This document shows positions 1 through 8,347 of a stretch of 19,441 bases of DNA, one piece after another. Origin of the DNA: Deltaproteobacteria bacterium RIFOXYA12_FULL_61_11 (lineage in GTDB: Bacteria; Bdellovibrionota_F; JAHFAK01; YA12-FULL-61-11); NCBI GenBank assembly GCA_001799195.1, contig MGSU01000028.1, forward strand, positions 1 through 19,441, read 5' to 3'. The notes under the pieces were generated by a model that worked only from the letters and a program-made list of their open reading frames with translations, was not told the origin of the DNA and searched no databases. Each line of letters opens with the position of its first letter. The first letter of the stretch is position 1. The position numbers and the translations under genes were made by a program.

Positions 1-2709
1 TACAGCCTGGAGATCCAACCCGAACGCACCCAGCTCAGCACCACCCCGGGCGATACGATCGCGATCAAAGTCATTGTCCGCGAGCTTCGCGATCAGGCGA
101 ACGACCGAGTCACCGAGGACAGTCAGATCCAGGTCAGCTTCGCCCTGACCACGAGTTCGACCTCCTCGGCCGAGCTGACCGTGGCCAACCCCTATGTCGA
201 CGATCTCGGCGAGGTCCAGGCCATGCTGCGCAGCACCGACGCCTCGGTGGTCGGCGAGCTGACCTTGCGCATTGCGGTGGAGAAGGACGGCGACCTGCTC
301 CCCGGAATAGAGGAAGACGCGTTCCAGAAGATCAAGGTGACCAACCAGATCATCGGCCAGGGCGAGATCCCGGCCAAGATCGTGCTCACCACGGCGCAGA
401 ACAAGATCTCGATCTTTGACGGCGAGAGCGTTGACCTGACCGCCCAGGTCCTCGACAAGAACGATTTGCCGGTGAAGAGCATCACCGTGACCCTCGAGCT
501 CACCGAAGGCACCCTGGAGCAGGGGGAACTCTACCTCAACGCCGATCAGCACGGCCAGACCGTGGAGGGCAAGACCGATCGGCTCGGCAACTTCACCGCG
601 AAGCTGCGCTCCAACCGCAGCAAAGAAACCGTCTTCACCGTCACGGGCAGCTTCATCTACAACCTTATCCCCTACCGCGCCACCATCAAGATTTACGTCG
701 AGAAGCGCCCCTTCGGCGGCATCGAGTTCATGAAGGCCGAGCCGGTGGTCATTGGCACCCAGGGCTCAGGCAACCCGGTCTCCTCGACCGTCTCCTTCCG
801 AGTCTTCGACCCCGAGAACCAACCCCTCGCCGGGTACAATGTCTCCTTCAGGATCATCAAACCGGACCTCGATGCCAGCCTCAACACCCACATCACCACC
901 ACCAACGAAGCCGGCGAAGCTTACGCCCACCTCACCAGTGGGCACATGCCCGGCCCGGTGCTGATCGAGGCCACCGCGACCTTCGAGGTGTCCGAGGCCG
1001 ACGGTTCGAAATCGGCGCGGTATGCCCAGGCAGCGACCACGCGCATCGTCATCGCCTCGAACCTACCCAGCAACAACCGCTTCTACATGGCGTCGGACCG
1101 GCACAACGTCCCGTCCCTGGAGGTCATCGGCGAAACGGCAGTGGTCTCGGTCCTCCTCGGCGACCGCAACGGCAATCCGGTCCCCGAGGGCACGGCCGTC
1201 GCCTTCTTCGTCGAGAACGGAGTCATCGAGAGTCCCGGGGTCACGGATAAGGCGAGCGCGGCCGCCGGGACCTGGCACTCGGGTGGTGAGCCGCGCAATG
1301 TGTTGCCCGGGAACGGGAATCCGGTAGATGGCTTCCTTACCGTGTTGGCCGTGACCGTAGGTAATGAATTCTTCTTCGATTACAATGCCAACGGAGTTTA
1401 CGATCCGGGCATCGACACCTTCGACACCAAGAACGTGGACCAGGAGACCTATTTTGACCTCGTTTCCCGTCCCGACGATTTCCGCCAGGCAGCCAAGAGC
1501 GACGACGATCCGACCAAATCCCGCTTCTACAAATGCTCGAGCGACGCGATCACTCCGGCCACCATCAACCCCACGGGCCAAGACAATCCTGCCGACAACC
1601 TCAAGGGGATCCCTGACGGCGATTATGACCCACCGATCTGTTACAAAGAAGCCAGCCTGGGCGATTTCCACTTCCACGACCAGGGCGAACCCTTCCTCGA
1701 CGAGGACAGCGATCTGACCTACTATCGCATCTTCGGCGATGTCATCTCCAACGGCGACTTCTACATCACCGACGATTTCTACGAGGAGGAGGCCTTTTCG
1801 CCCCACGGCCTTGGCCTGGACGGTCGGCCGGCGGTGCTCTATGACGAGAACGACAATCTCAAGACCGGTTTCCTCTCGTACCTAAACAGCAGACGCATCT
1901 ATGTCCCATCGGTGCCGTTCATCGATTACGGCGAATGGTTCATCGACGAGAGTCTGGACAACAACCTGCTCGATCCCAAGCTCTTCCCGCCCGAGTTCGA
2001 CTTCATCAACTTCCTCAACTACCGGCTCGAAGAGTTCAATCCGCCCGACGGCGTGCCCACCCAACTCAAGATGATCTGGAAATCGATCGAACTCGTCCAG
2101 TCGGGGCTTCCCATCGTCGCCTACATCAATCCGATCCCGAACACCGTGGATTGTAACGGCACCATGCTCGATCCCTCGTACTGTCGCACGAACCCCCAGG
2201 TTCGAGGCAATCCCTTTTCCGGCACGATTGGCCGGCCTCCGTTCGAAGAGTCCTTCCAGTACTTCTTCACGTCCGAGTACCTGCGCATCCCGGACGGAGA
2301 CACAAGGCGCTTCCGGGTCTACATCGGGGATGTCAACGGCAACCCGCTCAGCGAGGGTTCGACCTACCGGGCCTTCGTCGATACCGATCCTCCACCCGCG
2401 GTCAGGATCACCACGGCCGATGGACAGGGGGGGACGAGAGAAGACGTGATCAACTTCGCCGCCGCAGACATGTACACCCTCAGTCCGTCCTCCGAAGAGA
2501 TCTCCATACTCGACTGGCATCCCGAAGGAGTGCTCTCCCATGCCGAGAACGGTGCGGTCATCTTCGATTTCTACCTGACCAACACGACCCAGTCCGTGCC
2601 GATACCTTCCTTGCCGTTCACCCTGGAGATCGAGGTCCACTCGACCCATCCGTACGCGGCGGACAAGATCAGCCTGGCCGTGACCGGCACCTTCCTCGGG
2701 ACGCAATGA
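1..2709 (+). CDS. Large secreted/surface protein with repeated bacterial Ig-like (Big_1/invasin-intimin type) domains and an acidic Asp-rich middle/C-terminal region. It is 5'-partial: the frame is open from window position 1.
   Basis: Frame 1 is open from nt 1 through the listed GTG at 181 (no in-frame stop upstream), so the gene starts before the window. Recurring 'GD(R/V)NGNP..G....F' and '...LTA.V.D.N..P....VTF' segments are typical of Big_1 domains. Residues ~400-700 are D/E/Y/F-rich ('DGDYDPPICYKEASLGDFHFHD...') and not recognisable. Stop TGA 2707-2709. Confidence 0.7.
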   Translation, partial: YSLEIQPERTQLSTTPGDTIAIKVIVRELRDQANDRVTEDSQIQVSFALTTSSTSSAELTVANPYVDDLGEVQAMLRSTDASVVGELTLRIAVEKDGDLLPGIEEDAFQKIKVTNQIIGQGEIPAKIVLTTAQNKISIFDGESVDLTAQVLDKNDLPVKSITVTLELTEGTLEQGELYLNADQHGQTVEGKTDRLGNFTAKLRSNRSKETVFTVTGSFIYNLIPYRATIKIYVEKRPFGGIEFMKAEPVVIGTQGSGNPVSSTVSFRVFDPENQPLAGYNVSFRIIKPDLDASLNTHITTTNEAGEAYAHLTSGHMPGPVLIEATATFEVSEADGSKSARYAQAATTRIVIASNLPSNNRFYMASDRHNVPSLEVIGETAVVSVLLGDRNGNPVPEGTAVAFFVENGVIESPGVTDKASAAAGTWHSGGEPRNVLPGNGNPVDGFLTVLAVTVGNEFFFDYNANGVYDPGIDTFDTKNVDQETYFDLVSRPDDFRQAAKSDDDPTKSRFYKCSSDAITPATINPTGQDNPADNLKGIPDGDYDPPICYKEASLGDFHFHDQGEPFLDEDSDLTYYRIFGDVISNGDFYITDDFYEEEAFSPHGLGLDGRPAVLYDENDNLKTGFLSYLNSRRIYVPSVPFIDYGEWFIDESLDNNLLDPKLFPPEFDFINFLNYRLEEFNPPDGVPTQLKMIWKSIELVQSGLPIVAYINPIPNTVDCNGTMLDPSYCRTNPQVRGNPFSGTIGRPPFEESFQYFFTSEYLRIPDGDTRRFRVYIGDVNGNPLSEGSTYRAFVDTDPPPAVRITTADGQGGTREDVINFAAADMYTLSPSSEEISILDWHPEGVLSHAENGAVIFDFYLTNTTQSVPIPSLPFTLEIEVHSTHPYAADKISLAVTGTFLGTQ

Positions 2710-2770
2710 GCACGGCCGGAGCCTACCCCACGAGCATCGCACGAAGATCCGACCTCGACCGAGGAGCGCG

Positions 2771-3871
2771 ATGATCGCTCTCGGGCTCTATGTCCTGGTC
2801 ACTTTGTCGGTATCCTTCCTCTGTTCCCTGCTCGAGGCCGGCCTGCTCTCCCTGCCCAGGCCCCACCTCGAGTTGATGGTCTCCCGTGGCTCCAAGGCCG
2901 GTGCACTGTTGCGGGCGATGAAACAGGACATCGAGCGCCCGTTGGCCGCGATCCTCACGCTGAACACCGTGGCCAACACCATCGGGGCTGCCGTGGTTGG
3001 AGCCAAAACCCATGAACTGTTCGGCAATCACTGGGTCGCCCTGGCCTCGGCCGGGCTGACCCTCTGCATCCTCGTCGTCTCGGAGATCATCCCCAAGACC
3101 CTGGGAGCGGCCCATTGCAAGAAGCTGGCGCCCTTCACCGCTTACACCGTACGCGCTCTGGTGGTGGTGACCAACCCCCTGGTTTCGACGGTGGTGGCCC
3201 TTGCCCGCAGGCTCAGCAAGCGTTCCCATACCGACCTCACCTTCTCCCGCGAAGAGGTTGCCGCCGTGGCCGAAGCCGGAGCCAGTGAAGGCACTCTGGC
3301 CAAGGGTGAGAGCAAGATTATCAAAAATCTCCTTGTGTTGGATTCCATTCAGGCCCGCGAGGTCTTGACCCCGCGCTCGGTCTTGCAATACTTCCAGAAG
3401 GACGAGACCGTCGCCGACCTCTTGCAGAAGCACCGATCGGTGCGGTTTTCGCGCATCCCCGTAATCGGGAAAGATCTTGACGACGTCCAGGGTCTGGTTC
3501 ACTGGCACCAGGTCTTCGAAGCGTACTCCTCAGGCCAGGGTGACTTGAAGGTAGGAGATCTGGCCCATCCCATCCACGTGGTCCCGGATTCCCTCTCCGT
3601 GCGACGCATCCTCGACGAGTTTCTGCGGCGGAGGGAACACCTCTTTCTGGTGGTCGATGAGTACGGCGGGACCGCGGGTATCGTCACCTTCGAAGATGCC
3701 ATCGAGACCTTGCTCGGCGTGGAGATCATCGACGAGTTCGATCCGGTCGAGGACATGCGCAAGTACGCAGTCGAGGAAGGCCGACGCAAGCGCCGAAGAC
3801 GTGAAGCGGATTCGCCCACGGGCTCTTCCGAAGGCGAAGGGTTCGATGGCTACCAATATATCGAGGACTGA
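2771..3871 (+). CDS. DUF21 (CNNM-type transmembrane) + CBS-pair domain protein, HlyC/CorC-family-like. It has no recognisable C-terminal CorC_HlyC transporter-associated domain.
   Basis: N-terminal hydrophobic helices with 'LTLNTVANTIGAAVVG' and 'SEIIPKTLG' (DUF21 signature-like). Then 'VLTPRSVL...', 'IPVIG...', 'HLFLVVDEYGGTAGIVTFEDAIETLLGVEIIDEFD' (CBS pair and the conserved 'DE(Y/F)GG..GI(V/I)T.ED' block). GAGGAG 4 nt upstream of ATG 2771. The C-terminus is a Lys/Arg-rich then acidic tail. Confidence 0.85.
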   Translation: MIALGLYVLVTLSVSFLCSLLEAGLLSLPRPHLELMVSRGSKAGALLRAMKQDIERPLAAILTLNTVANTIGAAVVGAKTHELFGNHWVALASAGLTLCILVVSEIIPKTLGAAHCKKLAPFTAYTVRALVVVTNPLVSTVVALARRLSKRSHTDLTFSREEVAAVAEAGASEGTLAKGESKIIKNLLVLDSIQAREVLTPRSVLQYFQKDETVADLLQKHRSVRFSRIPVIGKDLDDVQGLVHWHQVFEAYSSGQGDLKVGDLAHPIHVVPDSLSVRRILDEFLRRREHLFLVVDEYGGTAGIVTFEDAIETLLGVEIIDEFDPVEDMRKYAVEEGRRKRRRREADSPTGSSEGEGFDGYQYIED

Positions 3872-3891
3872 AAAGGACTCGGAGGCCGGTC

Positions 3892-4737
3892 ATGGAGGAA
3901 CTCTACACCTACACCAACTACCGCAACTACCTGAGGGACTTCTACTACGAACGCAAGAAGACGCTCGAGGGGTACTCCTTCGCCCAGTTCTCCACCGAAG
4001 CCGGGATAGGGTCCCCGAACTACCTCAAGTTGGTGATGGACGGAAAGCGTAACCTCTCGCAGAAGTCCATCGGCAACTTCGCACGTGGCCTCGGACTGAC
4101 CCCGGGCAAGGCCAGGTATTTTGAGTACCTGGTCCTCTTCAACCAGGCGGCCGACGAAGACGAGAGGACTACCTATTTCCGCAAGATGCGGATGGTGAAG
4201 CTGAAGAACCGGCGAGAACGTAATCTCACCGATTACGAGTACGAGTTCCTCTCCAAGCTGCACTACAATGCGGTGTACGAGCTGGTCCTGCTCACCGACT
4301 TCCGGCCCGATCCGGCGTGGATCACGCAGCGCCTCGGCGGTCTGCTCTCGGAAGACGAGGCCAAGCGCACCCTGGACAACCTCCAGCGCCTGGGCTTCCT
4401 GCGCGAGAAGAACGAGCGGCTGGTCCAGTCCTTCCGAAAACTCCAGACCCCGGACGAAGAGATCAATCTTGCTCTGCGCTCCTTCCACAAGAAGGTCATG
4501 GAGCTCGGCATGGCGGCCTTGAACCAACCCCTCGACGAGCGGGAGTTCAGGGGGTTGACCATCGCGGTGAACCGCGACCGGTTGCCCCAGATCAAGGAAC
4601 GGCTCAAGCGTTTCGTCAAGGAACTCAACGACGAACTGTCCCAGGAGCGCGCGCCGGACAGCGTCTATCAGCTCGGTTTGCAGTTCATACCCCTGACGAG
4701 GTCTCTCCCTCCGCCGGTGCTGCCCAAGAAGAGTTGA
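3892..4737 (+). CDS. TIGR02147/DUF4423-like protein with a putative N-terminal helix-turn-helix; probable transcription-factor-like protein.
   Basis: N-terminus 'YTNYRNYLRDFYYERKK...GYSFAQFSTEAGIGSPNYLKLVMDGKRNLS' matches the characteristic start of the TIGR02147 family as I recall it (the YR.YL.DYY..RK motif and 'S.RaFA...G.ss..yl..v..GkR.Ls'). GGAGG 9 nt upstream of ATG. The family assignment is from memory, not a search. Confidence 0.55.
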   Translation: MEELYTYTNYRNYLRDFYYERKKTLEGYSFAQFSTEAGIGSPNYLKLVMDGKRNLSQKSIGNFARGLGLTPGKARYFEYLVLFNQAADEDERTTYFRKMRMVKLKNRRERNLTDYEYEFLSKLHYNAVYELVLLTDFRPDPAWITQRLGGLLSEDEAKRTLDNLQRLGFLREKNERLVQSFRKLQTPDEEINLALRSFHKKVMELGMAALNQPLDEREFRGLTIAVNRDRLPQIKERLKRFVKELNDELSQERAPDSVYQLGLQFIPLTRSLPPPVLPKKS

Positions 4738-4835
4738 AGCCCTCCCTTGAAGCGTCTTGCACCCTCGGTCCGCGTGTGCTAGGTGGAGAGCCTTACGACC
4801 TTCTCCCCACACCTTGTCCCAGAGGTGGTCAGCCT

Positions 4836-5504
4836 ATGTGGTTCCTCCAATTCTTCTCGTCCTCGATCGGCAAGAAGTTCGTCATGGCCCTCACCGGGGT
4901 GATGATGCTCTCGTTCCTCGCCGTGCACCTCGGGGGCAATCTGTTGCTCTTCGCGGGCGCCGAGGCCTATAATTCTTATTCCCACACCCTGCTCGGCCTG
5001 CCGTTCATCGTCCCCGTGGAAGTGCTCTTCCTGGCTGTCTTTCTCCTGCACCTGGGTCTTGCGCTGACCCTCACCCAAGAGAACCGTCGCGCCCGACCGG
5101 TGCCCTACCAGGTACGACAGAACCAGGGGAAACCCAGCCGACGAACCCTCGCCTCCCAGAGCATGATCTACAGCGGTGCCCTGATCTTCTCTTTTGTTGC
5201 CCTACACGTCGCCACCATGAAATACGGCCCCGAGCGTCCCTTCGGGACTACCGCAATGCGCGATGTGCACGGCTTGGTCCACGAGACCTTCTCCAATCCG
5301 CTCTTTGCCGGGGCCTATATCGTAGCCATGTTGGTGCTCGGGGTACACCTCAGCCACGCCTTCGAGAGCGCCCTGCAGACCTTGGGTCTCGAACACCCTC
5401 GGTACAACGGTATCCTCCAGGCGCTGACCAAGGGCTTCACCGTGATCGTGACCATCGGGTTCTCCCTGTTGCCGGTGTGGTCTTTCGTCCTCGGAGGGAG
5501 GTGA
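4836..5504 (+). CDS. sdhC: Succinate dehydrogenase/fumarate reductase cytochrome b subunit (Bacillus/Bacteroides type-B, dihaem b558 family).
   Basis: 'MWFLQFFSSSIGKKFVMALTGVMMLSFLAVHLGGNLLLF...' closely resembles Bacteroides FrdC / Bacillus SdhC N-termini. Five hydrophobic segments with His ligand candidates (HLGGN, HLGLA, HVATM, HLSHAF). AGAGGTGG RBS 7 nt upstream of ATG 4836. The listed ORF start at 4317 is rejected because it overlaps the upstream gene. It is immediately followed by sdhA. Confidence 0.88.
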   Translation: MWFLQFFSSSIGKKFVMALTGVMMLSFLAVHLGGNLLLFAGAEAYNSYSHTLLGLPFIVPVEVLFLAVFLLHLGLALTLTQENRRARPVPYQVRQNQGKPSRRTLASQSMIYSGALIFSFVALHVATMKYGPERPFGTTAMRDVHGLVHETFSNPLFAGAYIVAMLVLGVHLSHAFESALQTLGLEHPRYNGILQALTKGFTVIVTIGFSLLPVWSFVLGGR

Positions 5505-5507
5505 GCG

Positions 5508-7418
5508 ATGCTCGACGCCAGAATACCCGCGGGGCCTCTCGAGGCGAAATGGGACAAGCGCATCCTCGAGGGAAAACTGGTCAACCCGGCCAACCGTAGA
5601 CGGTATCATGTCCTCGTGATCGGCACCGGCCTCGCAGGGGCCTCGGCCGCCGCTACTTTATCCGAACTCGGTTACAAGGTCACGGCCTTCTGCCTCCAGG
5701 ACAGCCCCCGACGCGCCCACAGCATCGCGGCGCAGGGCGGGATCAACGCGGCCAAGAACTATCCCAATGACGGCGACAGCATCCGCCGGCTGTTCCACGA
5801 TACCATCAAGGGCGGGGACTTCCGGGCCCGTGAGGCCAACGTCTATCGCTTGGCCCAAGTCAGCAACCACATTATCGACCACTGTGTCGCCCAGGGGGTT
5901 CCCTTCGCCCGGGACTATGCCGGCCTGCTCGACAACCGATCCTTCGGCGGAGCCCAGGTGTCCCGGACCTTCTATGCCCGGGGTCAGACTGGCCAGCAAC
6001 TCCTGCTCGGCGCGTATGCGGCGTTGATGAAGGAACGGGCCGTCGGCAACGTGACCGTCTTGCCGCGGCGCGAGATGCTCGACTTGGTCGTGGTCGAGGG
6101 CCGGGCTCGCGGTGTGGTGATTCGCAACCTGCTGGACGGGAAGCTGGAACGGTATGCAGGCGATGCTGTGCTCTTGGCCACCGGGGGGTATGGCAACACC
6201 TTCTTCCTCTCTACGAACGCTTGGAGTTGCAACGTCACCGCGGCGTATCGTTGTTATCGCCGCGGAGCCTGGTTCGCCAATCCCTGCTTCACTCAGATCC
6301 ATCCGACCTGCATCCCGGTCAGCGGAGAACACCAGTCCAAGCTGACTCTGATGAGCGAGAGCCTGCGCAACGACGCCCGGGTCTGGGTACCCAAACGCAA
6401 GGGCGACAAACGGCCACCTTCCGCTGTCCCCGAGGACGAGCGCGACTATTTCCTCGAGCGCCGCTACCCGAGCTTCGGCAACCTCGTCCCGCGCGACGTG
6501 GCCTCCCGCGCGGCCAAGGAGGTCTGTGACCAGGGTCTGGGGGTCGGAACCTCCGGCCTGGCCGTATACCTGGACTTCTCCGAGGCCATCCACCGGTTGG
6601 GCGAGGAGGCGGTAAGAGCCCGGTACGGCAACCTCTTCCACATGTACCACAAGATCACCGACGAAGATCCCTACCATACGCCCATGCGCATCTTCCCAGC
6701 CATCCACTACACCATGGGTGGGTTGTGGGTGGATTATGACCTGATGACCACGATACCCGGGTTGTTCGCCCTGGGGGAATGCAATTTCTCGGACCACGGG
6801 GCCAATCGCCTCGGTGCCAGTGCGCTGATGCAAGGCTTGGCCGACGGCTATTTCATTCTTCCTGCGACCTTGCCCTCCTATCTCGCCGGTTTGACCCCGG
6901 CGGCCGTCTCGACCGACCACCCGGCCTTCGCCGAAGCCGAGGTCGAGGTCAACCGCCGGCTCACCCGGCTCCTGTCCCTCAACGGTACTCGGGGCCCTCG
7001 CTCCTTCCACCGAGAACTCGGGCTCCTGTTGTGGGACAAAGTAGGTATGGCCCGCGAGCGTGGCGGTCTGGAAAAGGCCCTGCAGAGGCTTCCCGAGTTG
7101 CGTGCTCGGTTCTGGGAGGACCTACGGCTTGCCGGAGATTTGCACCAGCTCAACCAAAGTCTGGAATACGCCGGTCGCGTCGCCGACTACCTCGAATTCG
7201 CCGAGCTGATCACCCGTGACGCCCTGACCCGCGAGGAATCCTGCGGTTGTCACCTGCGGCTGGAGCACCAGACCGAGGAACACGAGGCCAGGCGCGACGA
7301 CGCCCACTTCAGCCATGTCGCCGTCTGGGAACACCGAGGACAGGAGGAGCCTCCCTTGCGGCACGAAGAATCCCTGGTCTTCGAGCACGTCACCCTCAGT
7401 CAGCGGAGTTACAAGTGA
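5508..7418 (+). CDS. sdhA: Succinate dehydrogenase/fumarate reductase flavoprotein subunit.
   Basis: FAD-binding N-terminus '[16 protein letters not shown]' and covalent-FAD histidine context '[14 protein letters not shown]'. Also '[12 protein letters not shown]' and '[23 protein letters not shown]' conserved blocks. GGAGGGAGG RBS. Start is 3 nt after the sdhC stop. Confidence 0.95.
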   Translation: MLDARIPAGPLEAKWDKRILEGKLVNPANRRRYHVLVIGTGLAGASAAATLSELGYKVTAFCLQDSPRRAHSIAAQGGINAAKNYPNDGDSIRRLFHDTIKGGDFRAREANVYRLAQVSNHIIDHCVAQGVPFARDYAGLLDNRSFGGAQVSRTFYARGQTGQQLLLGAYAALMKERAVGNVTVLPRREMLDLVVVEGRARGVVIRNLLDGKLERYAGDAVLLATGGYGNTFFLSTNAWSCNVTAAYRCYRRGAWFANPCFTQIHPTCIPVSGEHQSKLTLMSESLRNDARVWVPKRKGDKRPPSAVPEDERDYFLERRYPSFGNLVPRDVASRAAKEVCDQGLGVGTSGLAVYLDFSEAIHRLGEEAVRARYGNLFHMYHKITDEDPYHTPMRIFPAIHYTMGGLWVDYDLMTTIPGLFALGECNFSDHGANRLGASALMQGLADGYFILPATLPSYLAGLTPAAVSTDHPAFAEAEVEVNRRLTRLLSLNGTRGPRSFHRELGLLLWDKVGMARERGGLEKALQRLPELRARFWEDLRLAGDLHQLNQSLEYAGRVADYLEFAELITRDALTREESCGCHLRLEHQTEEHEARRDDAHFSHVAVWEHRGQEEPPLRHEESLVFEHVTLSQRSYK

Positions 7419-8167
7419 AGGACAACCTCATCCTCAATCTCAAGATCTGGCGGCAGAAGGATCGCGCTACTCCCGGGAGCTTCGTGACCTATACGGTCGA
7501 GAATGTGTCGCCCGACAGCTCCTTCCTCGAGATGCTCGATCTGCTCAACGAGAATCTGCTCACCCGCGGCGAGAATCCGGTGGCCTTCGACCACGACTGC
7601 CGCGAGGGGATCTGCGGGATGTGTAGCTTGGTCATCAACGGAATTCCGCACGGGTATGAGACCGGCACCACGACCTGTCAGCTCCACATGCGCAAGTTCC
7701 AGAGCGGCGACACCATCGTCATCGAACCCTGGCGGGCCAAGGCCTTCCCGGTCTTGAAAGACCTGATCGTCGACCGTTCCGCCCTCGACCGGATCATCCA
7801 GAGCGGCGGTTTCATCTCGGTCAAAACCGGTTCGGCCCCGGAGGCCAATTCCCAGCCCCTTCCCAAGGAACTCGCCGACCAAGCCTTTGCCGCGGCAGCC
7901 TGTATAGGATGCGGGGCGTGTGTCGCGGCCTGCACGAACGCGAGCGCCATGCTCTTCGTGGCCGCGAAACTCGGACACCTCTCGCGCTTGCCCCAGGGAA
8001 GGGCCGAACGCCACAAGCGCGTCCTCTCCATGATCAAGGCCATGGACGCCGAGGGTTTCGGCAACTGCACGAACGAGGGGGAGTGCGAAGCGGTCTGTCC
8101 CAAGGAGATCAATCTCGCCGAGATCGCCAGGTTGAACCGCGCCTTTCTGCTCGCTAACTTGGCGTGA
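7415..8167 (+). CDS. sdhB: Succinate dehydrogenase/fumarate reductase iron-sulfur subunit.
   Basis: The GTG at 7415 overlaps the sdhA stop (GTGA). From there the product '[28 protein letters not shown]...[13 protein letters not shown]...[23 protein letters not shown]' matches Bacteroides-type FrdB nearly block for block. C-terminal cysteine clusters '[11 protein letters not shown]' and '[12 protein letters not shown]' are present. The listed ORF start at 7247 would overlap sdhA and is rejected. Confidence 0.93.
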   Translation: MKDNLILNLKIWRQKDRATPGSFVTYTVENVSPDSSFLEMLDLLNENLLTRGENPVAFDHDCREGICGMCSLVINGIPHGYETGTTTCQLHMRKFQSGDTIVIEPWRAKAFPVLKDLIVDRSALDRIIQSGGFISVKTGSAPEANSQPLPKELADQAFAAAACIGCGACVAACTNASAMLFVAAKLGHLSRLPQGRAERHKRVLSMIKAMDAEGFGNCTNEGECEAVCPKEINLAEIARLNRAFLLANLA

Positions 8168-8347
8168 CCATCGTCGGCGTGCTTCACCGACCCGAATCGC
8201 TTTGGCGAATCCCGGGTTTCACCTGCAAGAATAACAATACGTAACGGCGGGAACAGAACCTGCTCGGAGCAGAGCCGCACCAGTTCCCGCGCTCTCGAGG
8301 CGCAGGAGGGTGTAGCCAATGCAACCCCTCTACCAAGGAGGTAGCCG

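Noticed and set aside
4317-4835. Upstream in-frame extension of the sdhC ORF (listed start 4317).
   Set aside because: It overlaps the TIGR02147-like gene in another frame. The product is Pro/Arg/Gly-rich, typical of high-GC noise. A good RBS plus ATG at 4836 gives a cytochrome b of canonical length.
5658-7010. 450-aa ORF antisense to sdhA. Similar long antisense ORFs exist at 1063-1806, 1882-2742, 2723-3508, 3850-4812, 7409-8014, 7678-8358, 10013-10696, 16454-16966 and 18158-18997.
   Set aside because: Each lies fully inside and opposite a gene with strong homology-based support. Long open antisense frames are expected at this GC content, and their translations are low-complexity (G/R/A/P/V-rich).
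7247-7414. Upstream extension of the sdhB ORF (listed start 7247).
   Set aside because: It would overlap sdhA by 170 nt. Homology to FrdB/SdhB begins exactly at the GTG at 7415, which overlaps the sdhA stop.
8173-8195. Possible hairpin (GTCGG...CCGAC) after sdhB, and a short CTGC/GCAG hairpin near 8263, as candidate terminators.
   Set aside because: Stems are only 4-5 bp with no following T-run. They are not convincing as intrinsic terminators.
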